A DNA stretch of 56,083 nucleotides from Asterionella formosa (lineage: Eukaryota), in the NCBI GenBank assembly GCA_002256025.1, contig NKIB01013524.1, positions 1-56,083 on the forward strand, in the 5' to 3' direction. Below the pieces are notes generated by a model that saw only the letters and a list, made by a program, of their open reading frames with translations, was not told the DNA's origin and made no database searches. Shown piece by piece: positions 25,041 to 38,236 of the stretch (within the stretch, counting starts at the first letter, position 1; every line of letters begins with the position of its first letter). The translations under genes and the position numbers were made by a program.

Positions 25041-26309
25041 TTCTAATTACATTAGGTTAGGGGGTTTCTCTATTTTTCAGCCTACCGGTACCAGAGTACT
25101 GGTAACAGGATGGAGGGGAGTTATCATATAATGCAACAATAATGTTCAGAAGTAAAATTCTCCCAGAAAACCTAAATATTCTTGTCAGCCCATCAACTGT
25201 GACATAGACAACAAAAATATGATGAAAAATGCAAAATATTTTTATTATACTACTGGAACTATTTTTACAAATAAAATATTATGATCAGCTATTTCCTGCA
25301 TTTCAATTGGACATTGGGTTTTTGATCCCAACTGTCCAATGTTAATCGGTGATATATGGTAGCTGTCTGTATACAGCAGCAGCAGTAAAATGCTTCGAAA
25401 ATGTCATCAAATGTTTTTGATTGCATTTATTTTCATTCTGCTGGTGGGTATCAAAAATCTTCACAAAGATATTGACAAGTATAAATGACGAACTCAAATT
25501 ATGATTTAATCACGAGGTTTGAATGCGACTGAGTAAGATTCCGCAGGTTCACTAAAATTGGAACGGTCCAAATTGATCTTCACATGGAAAGAGAATGGCT
25601 TCAAAACATTGGCTTTCAGTTTTTAGGTGGTACGGTACCAGAATTTAGGTTTCCTGCATTTGAAACCTTAGCTCAAACTAGGGTTAAAAAGTTGATTTGT
25701 TTGAATACTGCAATGATCCCATATTTTTGACCAACTGTGGCAGTTTATTGTATATTTTGAATGTCTACTGCATCATTTTGTTGCTCCACTTAATATTCAT
25801 CTGAAATTCCAACTGGCTGGCACCAATTTCTGTTTATCGGTTCCTGCAATTTTGCTGTAATAACAAGTTTCGTTGCCTCTATTACCACCACCTATTCTTT
25901 GCACTATAAGAAACAAAAAACGCAACAATCAACCAAGTGCTTTCTACTGGTATGCATATAGTTTTGGCGATGACCCAAGAAAATGTTACATTTGAATCCA
26001 GTGTGGCCGGCGTGGGTTTGTAAGATCTCGCGAACCGGGCCAATCAAACAGAGGAAAGCAATTCGCAATAACCTATCAGCATGTAAATAATGCAGGACAT
26101 TTTTGTACAGGAGATTTTATGAATAAAAAATTGAATTACAAGACTCCTATTCGGATGATGATGTTTCAGCAATAAGTGATTCTGATTCCGATAGTTAGGA
26201 TACTACAGTTGGAAAGGCCGATTTTGTTGATTTTTTGGACAATGATTGCTCAATGTTGGCTGGGTCTCAACGCGATTTCGATAGATCAGTAACCTTCAAA
26301 TAGCATCAG

Positions 26310-26630
26310 TATATAACTTCTGGTGGTGAGAAACTGCAGAAAGGACTTTCGGTTTTTTACTATGTCTAAATAATGTGATTTCTCCAAAATTTCCGGTCTT
26401 TATAGCATAGTTTTAAAAACCGAAGTTCTTTTCTGCATTTTCTCGCCAGATCCAATATCCTGACATTTTTTGAGTTGACCTATACCCCTACTTTGATCAA
26501 TGACTGTATCTAAGCATATAGAAAGGGTGTATATTGGTGAAAGCTCCATTTAGACATATACATTCATGTTTTACTCATAAGAAGTGTGTGTTTGACTACT
26601 CTGACTCAATACTTTTTTTAACCCTACCTC
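26310..26630. repeat. Divergent copy of the Kolobok-like terminal region
   Basis: Shares ATACCCCTA...ATGACTGTATCTAAGCAT...TTGGTGAAAGCT with 7530-7600 and has a hairpin at the equivalent position. Confidence 0.6.
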
Positions 26631-27128
26631 CTCCGTAGGGTTGAAAACACACGAGGTCCGTTTTCTCCCAAAATATTTTTATGATGTACCTCAATCCACA
26701 AATCACGTACAAGTAAATAAAATAGTTAAAGGTTAAATTAGCTTTCACCATTACAACCACTTTGCATATGCTTAGATACTGTCATTTCGCGACTTACTAG
26801 GGGTATGATCTATATACAGATATGGTAAAGACCTCATTTCTGGAGAGAAGTGGCAGTTGTCCTCCTAGGAATCGTAACTATCCCAAATACAGGGGCTAAA
26901 AAAGCTTTTCAAAAATCTACAGGGGATAACTACTACTTCTCTCCAGAAGTTAACTTGTCCTTGTCCTGACATTATAGGGTACCAGTCAAAAACTGCTTAA
27001 GACCACTATGAACTGCTTAGACCACTATAACGGGATAATCTTACATTTTGTACAACAAACACAACTTACCTAGTTATGAGAGGGGGGGGGGGGGGCAAAA
27101 AAAAAAAAAAATATTAGAAGATTTAAAG

Positions 27129-27138
27129 NNNNNNNNNN
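27129..27138. other. Assembly gap (10 N) flanked by low-quality homopolymers
   Basis: N run with adjacent poly-G, poly-A and poly-C tracts. Confidence 0.98.
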
Positions 27139-27289
27139 CCCCCGCCCCCCCCCCCCCCCCCCCCACAAATACAAAAAAAATAGTGCTGCTATTAAGACCA
27201 TGAAACTTCCTTCAGCAGCACAAGCAAGTGGTCGGCATCAATCTTGATCAGATGGCTTGCCAGCCAGCGCTATTGGCGATCACGCAAAA

Positions 27290-27660
27290 TAAAAGGGGTA
27301 TAAGACAGGACTTCATTTGGCGGCTGGACGCTTTAAACTGGGAACGGAAGCACTGGACGATATGACTAGGAGTAAAAGAAGAGCAGAGGAGAAGGAGAGT
27401 GAGAAAGCGACTAAGAAAGTTATGGATTATACAGCAATATTGAACGAGGTGCAAGCGATCAGAGCAATCAGCAAACAGCCACACAAATGGATGGTGGCGT
27501 GGCAAACAAAAACAATGGTGTTTTGGTACAAACAAATTGGCGATGCAACATGCATTACCTACAACAAAACAACTACTGCTTACCAGGTATGTTGATTCAA
27601 TGAGATGTTGCGATGCACCAGTCCCAGTTGGCGGAACCATACTGACACCATTGGCCTCAG
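27290..27660 (+). pseudogene. C-terminal remnant of a pogo-like transposase
   Basis: AAGRFKLGTEALDD...NEVQAIRA...KWMVAWQTKTMVFWYKQIGDA, which I associate with the C-terminus of the same family as 8144-9020. Confidence 0.35.
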
Positions 27661-29259
27661 CTGAAGAATGACAAGGATGAACTTCTGATTATTGAAGAGT
27701 GATGTATGTTTTTGCACAATAAATCGATGTCAGTTGACACAAGAAATTGGAGAAAATATGGAAAACGAGGTAATATTTTCTAACTGTTTCCCATTAAATA
27801 ATATATATACATGACGAAAAATAAATGAATGGCTTAATACCACTAAAATGCAAAATGAACGACTTAAAGAGTTCGATATCGTAAGATTTATTCTTCCAAT
27901 TGTTAAAATGATTCATTTATCTAGTACATACATGCATTAGTCGACCTCTTTTCAAAGGGTTTTAATTGTGGTCTGCTGAACATTTTTCTAATTTTTAGTC
28001 CAAAAACGGGGTAATATGCCGGTAGCAATATTGGAATCGTAATTTGTACGTGCAAAAACGTTCTCGTAGACTTACCGGTAGAGTCTTCCATTGGTATTTT
28101 CGTTGAACAACTCTCTGTCCGACAGTGTTGTAAAATCAAACCAGGCACGCTTGAACCACAAGTATTATTTAGATGTATGCATACTGAATACCGATATGTA
28201 AAATCTGTACTACCTGGTACCGGTAGTTTCATCCTGTCTTTACTGTATTTATCAAGGATTATGTACCAGGTAAGTTACTTACTGTACCGGCACTCCGGCA
28301 GTTGTTTATATATCGGTATATGCCTTTGGGCGTAGAGTAGTATTGAAACTACATTCAGCAACGTAGATTCAATATAAACGTTTAAATGACATACCAGTAA
28401 TTTCTTTTGCTTGAAAAAGAACCATGCGCATACATATTGGAATACTCCTGATTTAAATATGTGTTTTGTCGTGGGCAAAATTATTCCTACATACAGCAAC
28501 GTAGATATAATAAAGACGTTTAAATATCATTTTTGTTTGCTTAAAATGGAACTCTATCAATCTGGCGCTGATTCCTTTTTAATTCAAATATTCAAATGGA
28601 CACACGAATCATGGGAATTCATAGAAGCAAACTCCTTGTTCCCTGCCGTTTTTACAACCTTAGCCGTGTTTTCTACAGACTAGGGTTAAACCGGGGCCGC
28701 TACGTAAATGAATTCATTCGTCTTTCTTTGCCATGAAGCATGCTGCACATAAAAAATCATCGGAGCAATGCGGAATGGCTGGAATCCATTTTGTGTATAC
28801 GCACTTCAAATTTGCCTTCGTATTGTGGTTCTTTTTCAATCGACGTGGCCTACAACCGTGAAAAGGACGTTCGCTTTCCGGGTTTCTTCTCTGATGATGA
28901 CAGTGCTTACTACGTATGTACTATTACGAAATACAGTGATGATTGGCTGTAAATCTAGCTTTACCGACAGGACGCATGTTTCTACGAGTGAACTTCAACG
29001 AGTCATTGCTGTACACATGGAGCGACGATCGAGGCGAACAAAAGCCAAGTGCCGAACACTTTACTATCGTCATTCCCAACAAGGCTGTTACTTCACTCCA
29101 CATCATATTTGCATTCGGGTTTCGTTGGACGTTGAACACTTCGTGCTACCTGGTACCGAACAATTGCACACCTGATACACCAATTTAATCACCACTAAAT
29201 CTCGAATACAAGTTATTTATCCCCACATTAAATTGCTGAATCTTTTCGGGTAATCGAAG

Positions 29260-31044
29260 ATGACCGGTTTCAAGAATAAAGTGGTTGGGCACATCTATAT
29301 GGCATGTATGCACCTTTTCATGGTGCGCACGTCGACTCAGAATGGAATCGCCTTCACATATTCTTCAAGAGTGAACTACCCGGCATGCATGGGAGCAGTT
29401 CCATGTGGAGGGGGGTCCATTACGAGCGCTCGTCATGAGAATGGAACCCGTCCACCGTCCGACAATACTTCGTCGATGTCTACACAGCTCTATTCCTACA
29501 CTGAGAATGATTTGTTCGACAACCAGCCGAAGAAGCCACTCAAGGTTCTTTTCCTGTCAGCTGATACAGGCGGGGGTCATCGTGCATCAGCTGAAGCTCT
29601 TGCCAAACAGGTGAGCCATCGCTGTGCAATGTTTAGCGCGAATGCATCGCTTGCTTGTTCTCACTTTGTATTACCTGTTTGCAAAACATAGTTTCAGCTT
29701 CATTACCCTGGTAGTACTTACGATTTATTAGATATATGGAGCTCCGATGGAATTTTTCCATACAAAGCATTAGTCGACAGTTACAAGTACTTGTCGTCGC
29801 ACCCGCGTCAGTGGAGACTTTTTTACCACCTTTCGAATACGTCCCCTAACTTAATTTTCTCGAACTTACATTCTGCTATTATGTGTGAGAGAAGAATCCG
29901 CCGGCGCATCGCTTCGTATGATCCTGATGTCATTGTATCTGTCCACCCTACCATGAACAGAACGCCAATTATTGCTGCCAAGAAGTTGTCGAAGGCTGTG
30001 GGAAAGCATATTCCCTTCTTTACCGTGGTGACCGACTTGGGTTCAGGCCATGCAATGTGGTTCAACAAAAATATTGAAAAAATGTACGTTGCTTCAGAGC
30101 GCATCCGTAAGCTTGCGAGACGGAGAGGTTTTACTCCAGACGAGAAAATCGTGATGTCTGGATTGCCAATCCGTCATGACTTTGCTATTCAGGCCCAGCT
30201 GATGGGAGACCGAACCAGTGCCCAGGGCAAAGAGTACCAAAAGAAGATGCGGGAGGAACTAGGACTTGACCCAGAAAAGCAGATGGTACTGGTCATGGGA
30301 GGAGGCGAAGGTGTTGGCTCCCTTTCGGATATTGTCAATGAGCTTTACGCAAAGTTCACCGACCAAGGAATCGATGCGACAATATGTGTTGTTTGTGGTC
30401 GAAACGACAAGCTCAAACATGATCTTGAAGTTCGCGACTGGAGCAAGGTGTTGGAAGCACGTTCTAGACCACTTGAAAAGCAGGAAATGAAGAAGACGAA
30501 ACGCAATGAAGTTATCCAGAAGGCACTCGACAATGCAGAATGTGACAATGTCAAGACTCTGGGTTCGGTTGAAGTTGTTGGTCTTGGTTTCGTGTCCAAG
30601 ATGGCAGAGTTCATGGTTGCTGCTGACGTTTTAGTGACCAAAGCAGGTCCAGGGACCATTGCCGAGGCTGCATCAGTTGGCTTGCCAGTGATGCTGACAA
30701 GGTAGGAAAAAATGTGGGATTTTTCGGTTTAAAATTATTTTACGTCGCCCTTACCCTTTTAATGCCACAGTTACCTTCCTGGTCAAGAAGCTGGAAATGT
30801 CGAAGTTGTTCTTGATGCTGGATTCGGTGATTTCAACAAAAAATCGAATCAAATTGCGTTCGAGGTCGCTTGTTGGCTGAAGGATCCTGACTTACTGAAA
30901 TTTATGAGCCACAAAACTGAGGAAGTTGGCCAGCCTAGTGCTGCCTCAGATATCGTGGAAGACATAGGAGAAATCACACAAATTTGGATGAGACTAAACG
31001 GCGAGAGGAAGTCTACACTGAGTTTGACTCGAGAGAAACGTTGA
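29260..31044 (+). CDS. MGD: Monogalactosyldiacylglycerol (MGDG) synthase, GT28, 3 exons
   Basis: LSADTGGGHRASAEAL, IVSVHP, FFTVVTDL, MGGGEGVG, TKAGPGTIAEA, PGQEAGNV; exons 29260-29610, 29692-30701, 30771-31044. Confidence 0.95.
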
Positions 31045-31431
31045 ACAAACAGTGGAAATCGGGGGAGGCCTTCTTTAATTTCTGCAAGAACATTTGTGTA
31101 GCAGTAAATAAATCGTGAGCATCAGGTTCCACAGCTACGAATAACAACTATGGCACAGCGTCATGATTAACAAGAAACATCATACGAAAGCCATTCGATA
31201 AAGGAATTAATTTTATGTCAAAATAGTTTACATGGGTTGTTATAATACGCTATATTGCCTGCAATCGTCCATGCAATCATGATAGTAGTCTAATTTGTAC
31301 TGTCTCAAAAATGTATAAAAATAAGATTAGAAGAGCCTACATTAGTAAACAATCCAGTACTTAGTATTCTCCTGAGCATGCTGATCAGCAAAATACATGC
31401 ATCATGCGACTGCCGATGCATTTTGTCCACG

Positions 31432-32700
31432 TTAGATAATTGCGATGTTCCCATCGTCTGGTAAATATCGCGCTTGCATCCAATCGTCCCCAGTAGCTGT
31501 GGATTCATCATAGCTGGCTGCTGTCGCTATATCCCTGTACGAAGGGAACGGACTTGCTTGATTGGAAAGCGATGCCTTTTTCTTAGCGCCATTGATATTG
31601 GCAATGATCTGGGCCACCTTTGCTGACGGCTCTCTAGATTTTGACTCTTTGCTAACTTTGGGATTTTTTGTTTTCCATTGGATTTCTGCAAAGCATGACG
31701 ACGTTTGTGTAGACGGCACAGCTTTTGAACTTTTAGTGGCCTTCGGGTTCGACATTTCTTCCTTATTCAAAGGCGAATCCGCCGATCGAGGCAATCTTGA
31801 GCTCATTTTTGGTAAACGTTGAATGCTTTCTTTTGCCAATCTGGTTGGATGCGGCGATGGTGATCGAGCCATTTTCATGGTAGGAGTTGATGATATGTTG
31901 GAGACCAAAATTTTTCCTTCATCGTCATACAATAATTGCCTGTCGGGTTTAGGTCTTTCCTGTCTTTTTATCTCGGTCTCACATTCTCGGAAGGCAACAA
32001 TTGGATCATCGTCATCGTCGAAGTTTCCTTGCGATGGCGGAGGTGATCGAGGCTTTGAGGAGAAATAGTTATTGGGACTTGACTGTCGTTGAAGTTGCAC
32101 AGGTGGTTGCTGATTCGAGAATGGAACTGAAACTGAAAGTCGGGGTGTGGGATGTCTCCGAAGAGGGATCGATGACATTTTTTTCAATATGATAGTATCA
32201 TCTACTACATCTTTCAACGGCGAGCGTGTAGTGCACATCGTGGTACCCATGCACATCGACAGGGTCTCTTGATCCCGCCATCGAACTTTTGTGTTCCGTC
32301 TTTCTCTGGAGAAAAATTTTCGAGGAATATGTAGGATGCCACGGACACCGTTTCGTTTCTCAAATGAGTGCGTGGTGTTCGGCGTTACTAACATGTATTT
32401 GTTCAGTGGCTCTTTGGACTCGTCAGAAGGTTTGTATTTGGGAAGAGATTCTGAATTACAGTTTAGTTCACCTTCCTGACATGTCACCCATTTAAAAAAT
32501 TTGGAATCTCCTAATTGGGGATTAGCGACTTCAGGGAGGTTCTTTGCCTGAGCTCCTACAAAGTTGCGATGATCTGCTTCCTGATGGCGGGAAACAAACG
32601 TAGGTTCGTCCATTCCTCGAGGCAAATAATTAATTGGACTAGTGGGATGGTTGCTTGTCCTACCACACGAGGGCGCTGCTAGTTCCATGTATAAGAACAT
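31432..32700 (-). CDS. Hypothetical Ser/Pro/Lys-rich, probably disordered protein
   Basis: 422-aa open frame with gene-like composition; no recognised domain. Confidence 0.6.
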   Translation of the reverse strand: MFLYMELAAPSCGRTSNHPTSPINYLPRGMDEPTFVSRHQEADHRNFVGAQAKNLPEVANPQLGDSKFFKWVTCQEGELNCNSESLPKYKPSDESKEPLNKYMLVTPNTTHSFEKRNGVRGILHIPRKFFSRERRNTKVRWRDQETLSMCMGTTMCTTRSPLKDVVDDTIILKKMSSIPLRRHPTPRLSVSVPFSNQQPPVQLQRQSSPNNYFSSKPRSPPPSQGNFDDDDDPIVAFRECETEIKRQERPKPDRQLLYDDEGKILVSNISSTPTMKMARSPSPHPTRLAKESIQRLPKMSSRLPRSADSPLNKEEMSNPKATKSSKAVPSTQTSSCFAEIQWKTKNPKVSKESKSREPSAKVAQIIANINGAKKKASLSNQASPFPSYRDIATAASYDESTATGDDWMQARYLPDDGNIAII

Positions 32701-33446
32701 CGCATCCGCTCGCTTCGTCTATACTTCCTTTCTGTGTTTGTTTGGTGTTTCAATTGTACCGAAGCAAGAGAACAACACAGCAAAAACAAGAAAACCAATG
32801 AAATGGAAAATGTTGAAAATGTGATACCAAGCTCTCGCCAAATTAGTCTACCGCGAATATATTGATATAAGCAATCATCGCTAATGAAGAAGGGGTTCTA
32901 TGTATCGTTTATTATTGCTGGTGCCTGTGGTTCCTTCACACCAGGGGCAATAATAAATACATACTACAAGGGTCCCAGGTACTCCGGTACTGGTGCATTT
33001 GCTGATCACCATACTGTAATTAAAAGTCCTACCGGTATGTATATCATATGATGATACTCGAAATAAAGCTAGCTCTCCTATAGTTCACGGCGCGCACCTG
33101 GTGCTGGTACCAGGGTACCTGGTGCTCCGTATCAGTTCAATCATACCAGGTTCTGAGGAAGGAGCAACTCCTGGATGTGTCATGGTACAAGGTTATGGTA
33201 CCCTGGTACCGGTAATTTGTTTGCGAGATACCCAGCCACTAGTTTTTAACTCTGATCCTGATATTGCGTAAATTCTACATGTGATAGTGAAGGTGGTACA
33301 TATGTCAAGAATTCTTCTCGGCTGCTAATTAAATTTTTTACGTACATTTCAGAATCATATAACATGTATGTACTTATAGACCTGCTACTTAAAAACCCTT
33401 CTAATCATCACTAAGGCATGGTATAATCGATTGACAGGTAATGGAG

Positions 33447-33724
33447 TGTTGGAGAAATTATTTTAGGAGAGAAAAATCCCGGTATGAATTACCTACTACA
33501 TATTAAATCGAATGAATCAAGAAAGAATACGGTACCAGAGAAAACTCAGAATTCGAAAACAATCTACATCACCAGTAAAACCCATAAATTCTACTAAAAC
33601 CCTTAGGAATGATTACAATCAATTACTACAACATCGTTGTTCATGTCTACAGCCTATTTGGTCCCTGACATGTCCTTACATGATACAAGAAAGCAATAGA
33701 GGGCTTCGGGACACAATTTCAACA
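33447..33724 (+). repeat. 5' LTR
   Basis: TG...CA termini; direct repeat of 43033-43308. Confidence 0.95.
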
Positions 33725-33857
33725 GTTTTAGTAGAATTAGCCGGCCAGGAGGAGCTGTAATATTACAATCAACAACAGGTGGACCGTTGAGAGTCCGGAG
33801 ACAAGATCTGAGGGTACCAGACCATCCAGAGTCTGAAGAAGTCGCACAAGGCATATC

Positions 33858-33976
33858 ATGAGTGGCAAAGGAAAGTTTACCAAGAAGGCTCAGGCTAAGG
33901 GCAAGTTTCAAGCCAAGGGAGGGAGCAATAATGCTTCTCACTCCATCAAGAAGTCAGTTAATGACTATAACTACTA
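33858..33976 (+). pseudogene. gag N-terminus, interrupted by nested insertion
   Basis: MSGKGKFTKK...VNDYNYY rejoins in frame with LGSSKQTSDYETTTEYLINHIKK at 38237 once the insertion and one TA are removed. Confidence 0.85.
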
Positions 33977-36900
33977 CGTCTGCAAATAAAAACCATCATA
34001 TTTCCATGATGCATCATAGGATTATGATCATCTGATCATAATTTTTCGTTATATCATCTAATAATTTTGATAAATGCCCTCGTAATTTAAATAGTAACCC
34101 TTTTGACTATGGAAATTTAATTTATATATGTATTGTTTCTTTTAGTTTCCTTTATTTAAATTTCTTGGTAGGATAATGTACCAGTTAGAGTTATGTGGTT
34201 TGGCTCATCATCCTCGCCAGTCCTCACTCTGATTCTTGCAACAACGACAAAGCAGCCATGTTGAGAAGAACGAATGTTTGTGATAAAATCTTCATTTGTC
34301 GTTCAAGTCATCATATGTCTTTGATGAATCATCATCTACATTGTACAGTATGTTCGTACTATGCAATCTGTTAAGAGCTTGAAAAGAAATCCAATGAAAA
34401 CGAAATGGCTCATCACACAAGACGAAAATTTCCGGCCGGTCTGTGACCAGAGCATCAATCAGTGTTACAACCTCAATCATAGCTAAACAACATCCATTAT
34501 AGAACAGCACAATCTACTTCTCCATAGCATCGTCTCTCTAACAAGAACGTAATACATCTAGAATTGAAACGCAGCATAGCAGGCGATATGCACAAAGAAG
34601 CATGAGACTGTCTATTAATAGTAACAGAGTGATTCTGGTTTCGTAATTTTCATGTCTCATTAGATTTTCTTTGTCATCGTTCTAGTTCCTTACCATTAAA
34701 GATAGGAGCGTATTCTTTGATGTATCTGGAATATTTCAATGGATGGCAGCAGTTGGATTTAGACACAAACCTCGACAAAAGCACTAGTAGCTTGTAGATG
34801 TTCATGAAAAGCGAGACACTTTGCTTGGCCTATCGCCTACCAGCCAGTCTATACTGCAAAAATGCAAGAAGCAAGCACAAGTTGAATGCCCATTTATGGA
34901 TTCAAGTTTCAGTAGTGCAACAATGTAACATATTAGAAACCGGAAGTCACATTTCATCTAATTACGGTTTTCATTAGCTATACTAGTATTGATTGAGAGG
35001 AAGCAATGGTAGAATGGCTGCCAAATGGGCGGGGGCAAACACAGAGAATCCTACTAATTTTTCTCCCCAATGATTCCAGACCCTTTTTGAATGTCACTTG
35101 CTACAGAAAATGTAGAACAGCCGCCATGATCTGTTGATTGTTGCTCTATGGTGCCACTGACCGAGACCTCCAGAAATCTCCATGAGTTGCTTGTTTCTTG
35201 ACTTGAACGGTGCAAAAGGGATCGAAACCAGTGGAAAAATCAAAAGGGAACTAAAAATGCTCTGCAAACATCAGGACAATTGTGAAAGAGAAATGAATGT
35301 TCTTGGGAGGAGAATTAAAGGGATAATTTCTTCTGGTCTCCTTGCGGGAACAAGAATGGATTGAATCAAACAATGTTGACAAATAGATACCTACAGGAAA
35401 AGGAAGCATTGCTTTCGGCATCATCAATCTATACACAAGCCTGCACCACCTGATGTCGTCAATATAGCTCCCTTGACTTCATCAATGAAGAATTCGATGG
35501 GTGGAGCATGTGAGGAAAATCGGGGTTGAGGTTTTCTTGACGCCAACGTGAACCTGCTTGGCTGAACTCCTTGCAGATGAAGGCATTGAGTAACCTGGGC
35601 CTATGAAGCCAAATGATAAAGAAAAATCTATGACAAGGGTGCATTGTGAGATAGTGTTTAGGAGGGGGGAGCAAAAGTTATCATAGCTGAACGCATTCGA
35701 AACTTGTATAGACAATAGATGATGGCATGCCATGGCTGCTCTTGGCTGACAGCTGCCAAGTCAAGTACAAACACAATGAGGGTGCACAAAAGACAGTCCA
35801 ATTTTAATCGACTGGCTGTTACTTAGTTGTGAGACTCACCATTCTGCAATGGGGTGGACTTTGATCATTGCTTTGTTCAAAGCACATTCAATTCGAATGC
35901 TGTCCAGTGAAACAGCCAATGAAAACAATTGTGGCGAAAAAACGCAGAACAGATCAAGATATTTCATAGGAATTAAAAAAACAGGGCATATATGATGCAC
36001 TGCTCCTTGTGTAGACTAGCTATATTTGATCATTTCCATATTTCATACTATACAGGTGCATGGATTACTCCTCCCGCCCTTTCATTACTAGATATGCAGC
36101 CATGTTGCGAAATTCTACAGGACCTATAGGATTGGTAGTCTGGTGGTCATCATTTCCGCATTGTATATACCAGTAGGAGTCATGTATGCATGCATGCTGC
36201 GACAATTCTTACAAGACATAAAAATTTGGTAGCTTGGGGGTTATCACTTCCGTACTGTATACAGGGGGGGAAGGGGTTGCATGCTGAGCAACTACTCTGG
36301 TATAAACTATGATCTTTAATCAATGAATTTAGATTTGTTTATCCTATAACTTTGATCATAACATATTGATCATCTGATGAACGGTGTCGTTGATGAGAAA
36401 ATGAACAATCAAAATTTATTTTCAAGAATCAGGATTAATTGATCTTAAAAATATGATCAAATGATCCTAAACACATGAGCATATTCAGTTTTCCGCTGCA
36501 CTATTGTGGTATTTCCATGATAGAAGTAATTACCAGCAATTATACAGTACTAGCTACCGGTGGGCCATATGAATTTTGGTCAATATGTCTATATACATAA
36601 ATGTATGATTTCGACAATTTGAAAAATTGGTGATGACTCCCGTTTATTAAGGGGATTAATTAAATCAGCCACTGACTTGTAGGTACAAGAATTGACACAA
36701 AAAAATTGAAAAAAACTCAACAGGTCGTGGAAAACTATGAACTCATCATGCATTGTATATATTTGAACTATGTATAATCAAAATTGATATTAGTATACAC
36801 AGGATAGGCTGTATAATGAGCGGTTTAAAGCTATGCAAATGTTCAACTATTTATACATTTAAACTTCTTACAAATCTTTATATATATATGTATTCATGGC

Positions 36901-38234
36901 TGAAACATTTGAAATCATGGTTTCATGTTCCTTGTCATGCATACACTTTGCTCCTGAATTGAAGGATTAATACAGATGATGACGCGGAAAACGAAAGTGA
37001 TAATAAAGCACAATGATACTTGCGGCTTAGAAGAGAAGGGCGGAATCAATTGATGGTAAGTCACGAGCAAATGCGCGCCTTTCATGTTCCTTGTCATGCT
37101 GCATCCACTTCCTCAAATGAAGGATCTCATGCAACACATGATGCGAAAAACTGAAGTGACAATACAGCACGAAAAGATTGAGTGAATATGATGGAGAAGG
37201 GCGGAATCAACAAGCTGTGCATAGCCTCACGGTTTGTCAAGAGCAAATGCCAAGATGATCAATTGCTGGGATTACAAATACGGAATTACTCGTCCCCTTT
37301 CAGTGATTCAATAGCTCCTTTTCGATTTGGTGGCTGGCCAATGATCAAAGTGGACAAATGAAATTGGTAAGTGCTGCCTATCAGCCATCTTTGGATCAAT
37401 CCACAACTGTTAGAAAAACTGACACATATGTGTTGCTTCTTTCAGGATAATGGTAGACAAACAGTACTTGTAAGTTACAAAAAGCAGTGTTGGAGCCCAT
37501 TTAGTGATCGATACTTTGCTTCTCATTCAATCTTTGACTGACAAATTCTTCTACAGAAATATGCATCAGTTACTTCCTCAATTTGTGGTAAGTGAAGATA
37601 GAAGCAAAATGAATGTTGCTGTGTAAGCAAAACATGAACAGCAAACAATGAATTGCTTCTCTTTGTTATTATGATTGGGACAACGAAACGGATTGAATAG
37701 TAATAGGAAAATGCGTGAATGCAAACTCAGAACAACCCTCACGAGTATATGGAACAAATCAGGGGAACAACGGCAAGGCAACCAGCACAACAACCTTCAG
37801 AATTGGATTGGGGGAAGGTGGAAGTGAAAGCGGCACAAACAATCATTGCGATGAGAGCATTTTAGAACATTCTGTAGCCACTTAAGATATAGAATCATAG
37901 AACCATTCTTAGCTAAATATAGTTCTAAATTTCGATCAATTACATCCTATTTTAGACAGTGATATCGATGAGAATTACGATCATGCTAAGGTAGATGTAT
38001 GACAAAAGTATACACATCATATGACCATGTTTAACAAATTATATGATGCAATGGTATTATAACTATGATAGTCTCATCATACTTCAAGCTCGGTAAAAGT
38101 TTACTGCATGATCATAATTATATGATACATTGATCATATTTTTGATCGAAAAACTATCATTATGTGAAAATCCTGTGCCACTTAGCATACGATACCCTTG
38201 ATCATATTTTCATGATATTTTTTATTTACAGACG
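33977..38234. mobile_element. 4.26-kb TIR DNA transposon with TA duplication, nested in Copia gag; superfamily unassigned
   Basis: TIRs CGTCTGCAAATAAAAA and TTTTTATTTACAGACG; TA at 33975-33976 and 38235-38236; TGATCA/ATCAT-rich subterminal zones; decayed coding-like remnants at about 34200-35900. Confidence 0.88.
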
Positions 38235-38236
38235 TA

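Larger units (their letters stand above)
26640..28707 (+). mobile_element. Second Kolobok-like element (both end regions present, inverted relative to 5981-7710); interior holds other TE debris and an assembly gap
   Basis: 26650-26960 matches the reverse complement of 7365-7690; 28585-28705 matches the reverse complement of 5985-6100. Continuity across the N gap is unproven. Confidence 0.55.

Noticed and set aside
25539..25566. TTCCGCAGGTTCAC (like the 18S rRNA 3' end, reverse strand) overlapping ACTAAAATTGGAACG (like U6 snRNA)
   Set aside because: Each match is only about 14-15 nt and does not extend; no ACAGAGA box follows. Treated as chance.
27080..27180. Poly-G/poly-C tracts as a G-quadruplex or hairpin
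   Set aside because: They border the N gap and look like low-quality contig ends.
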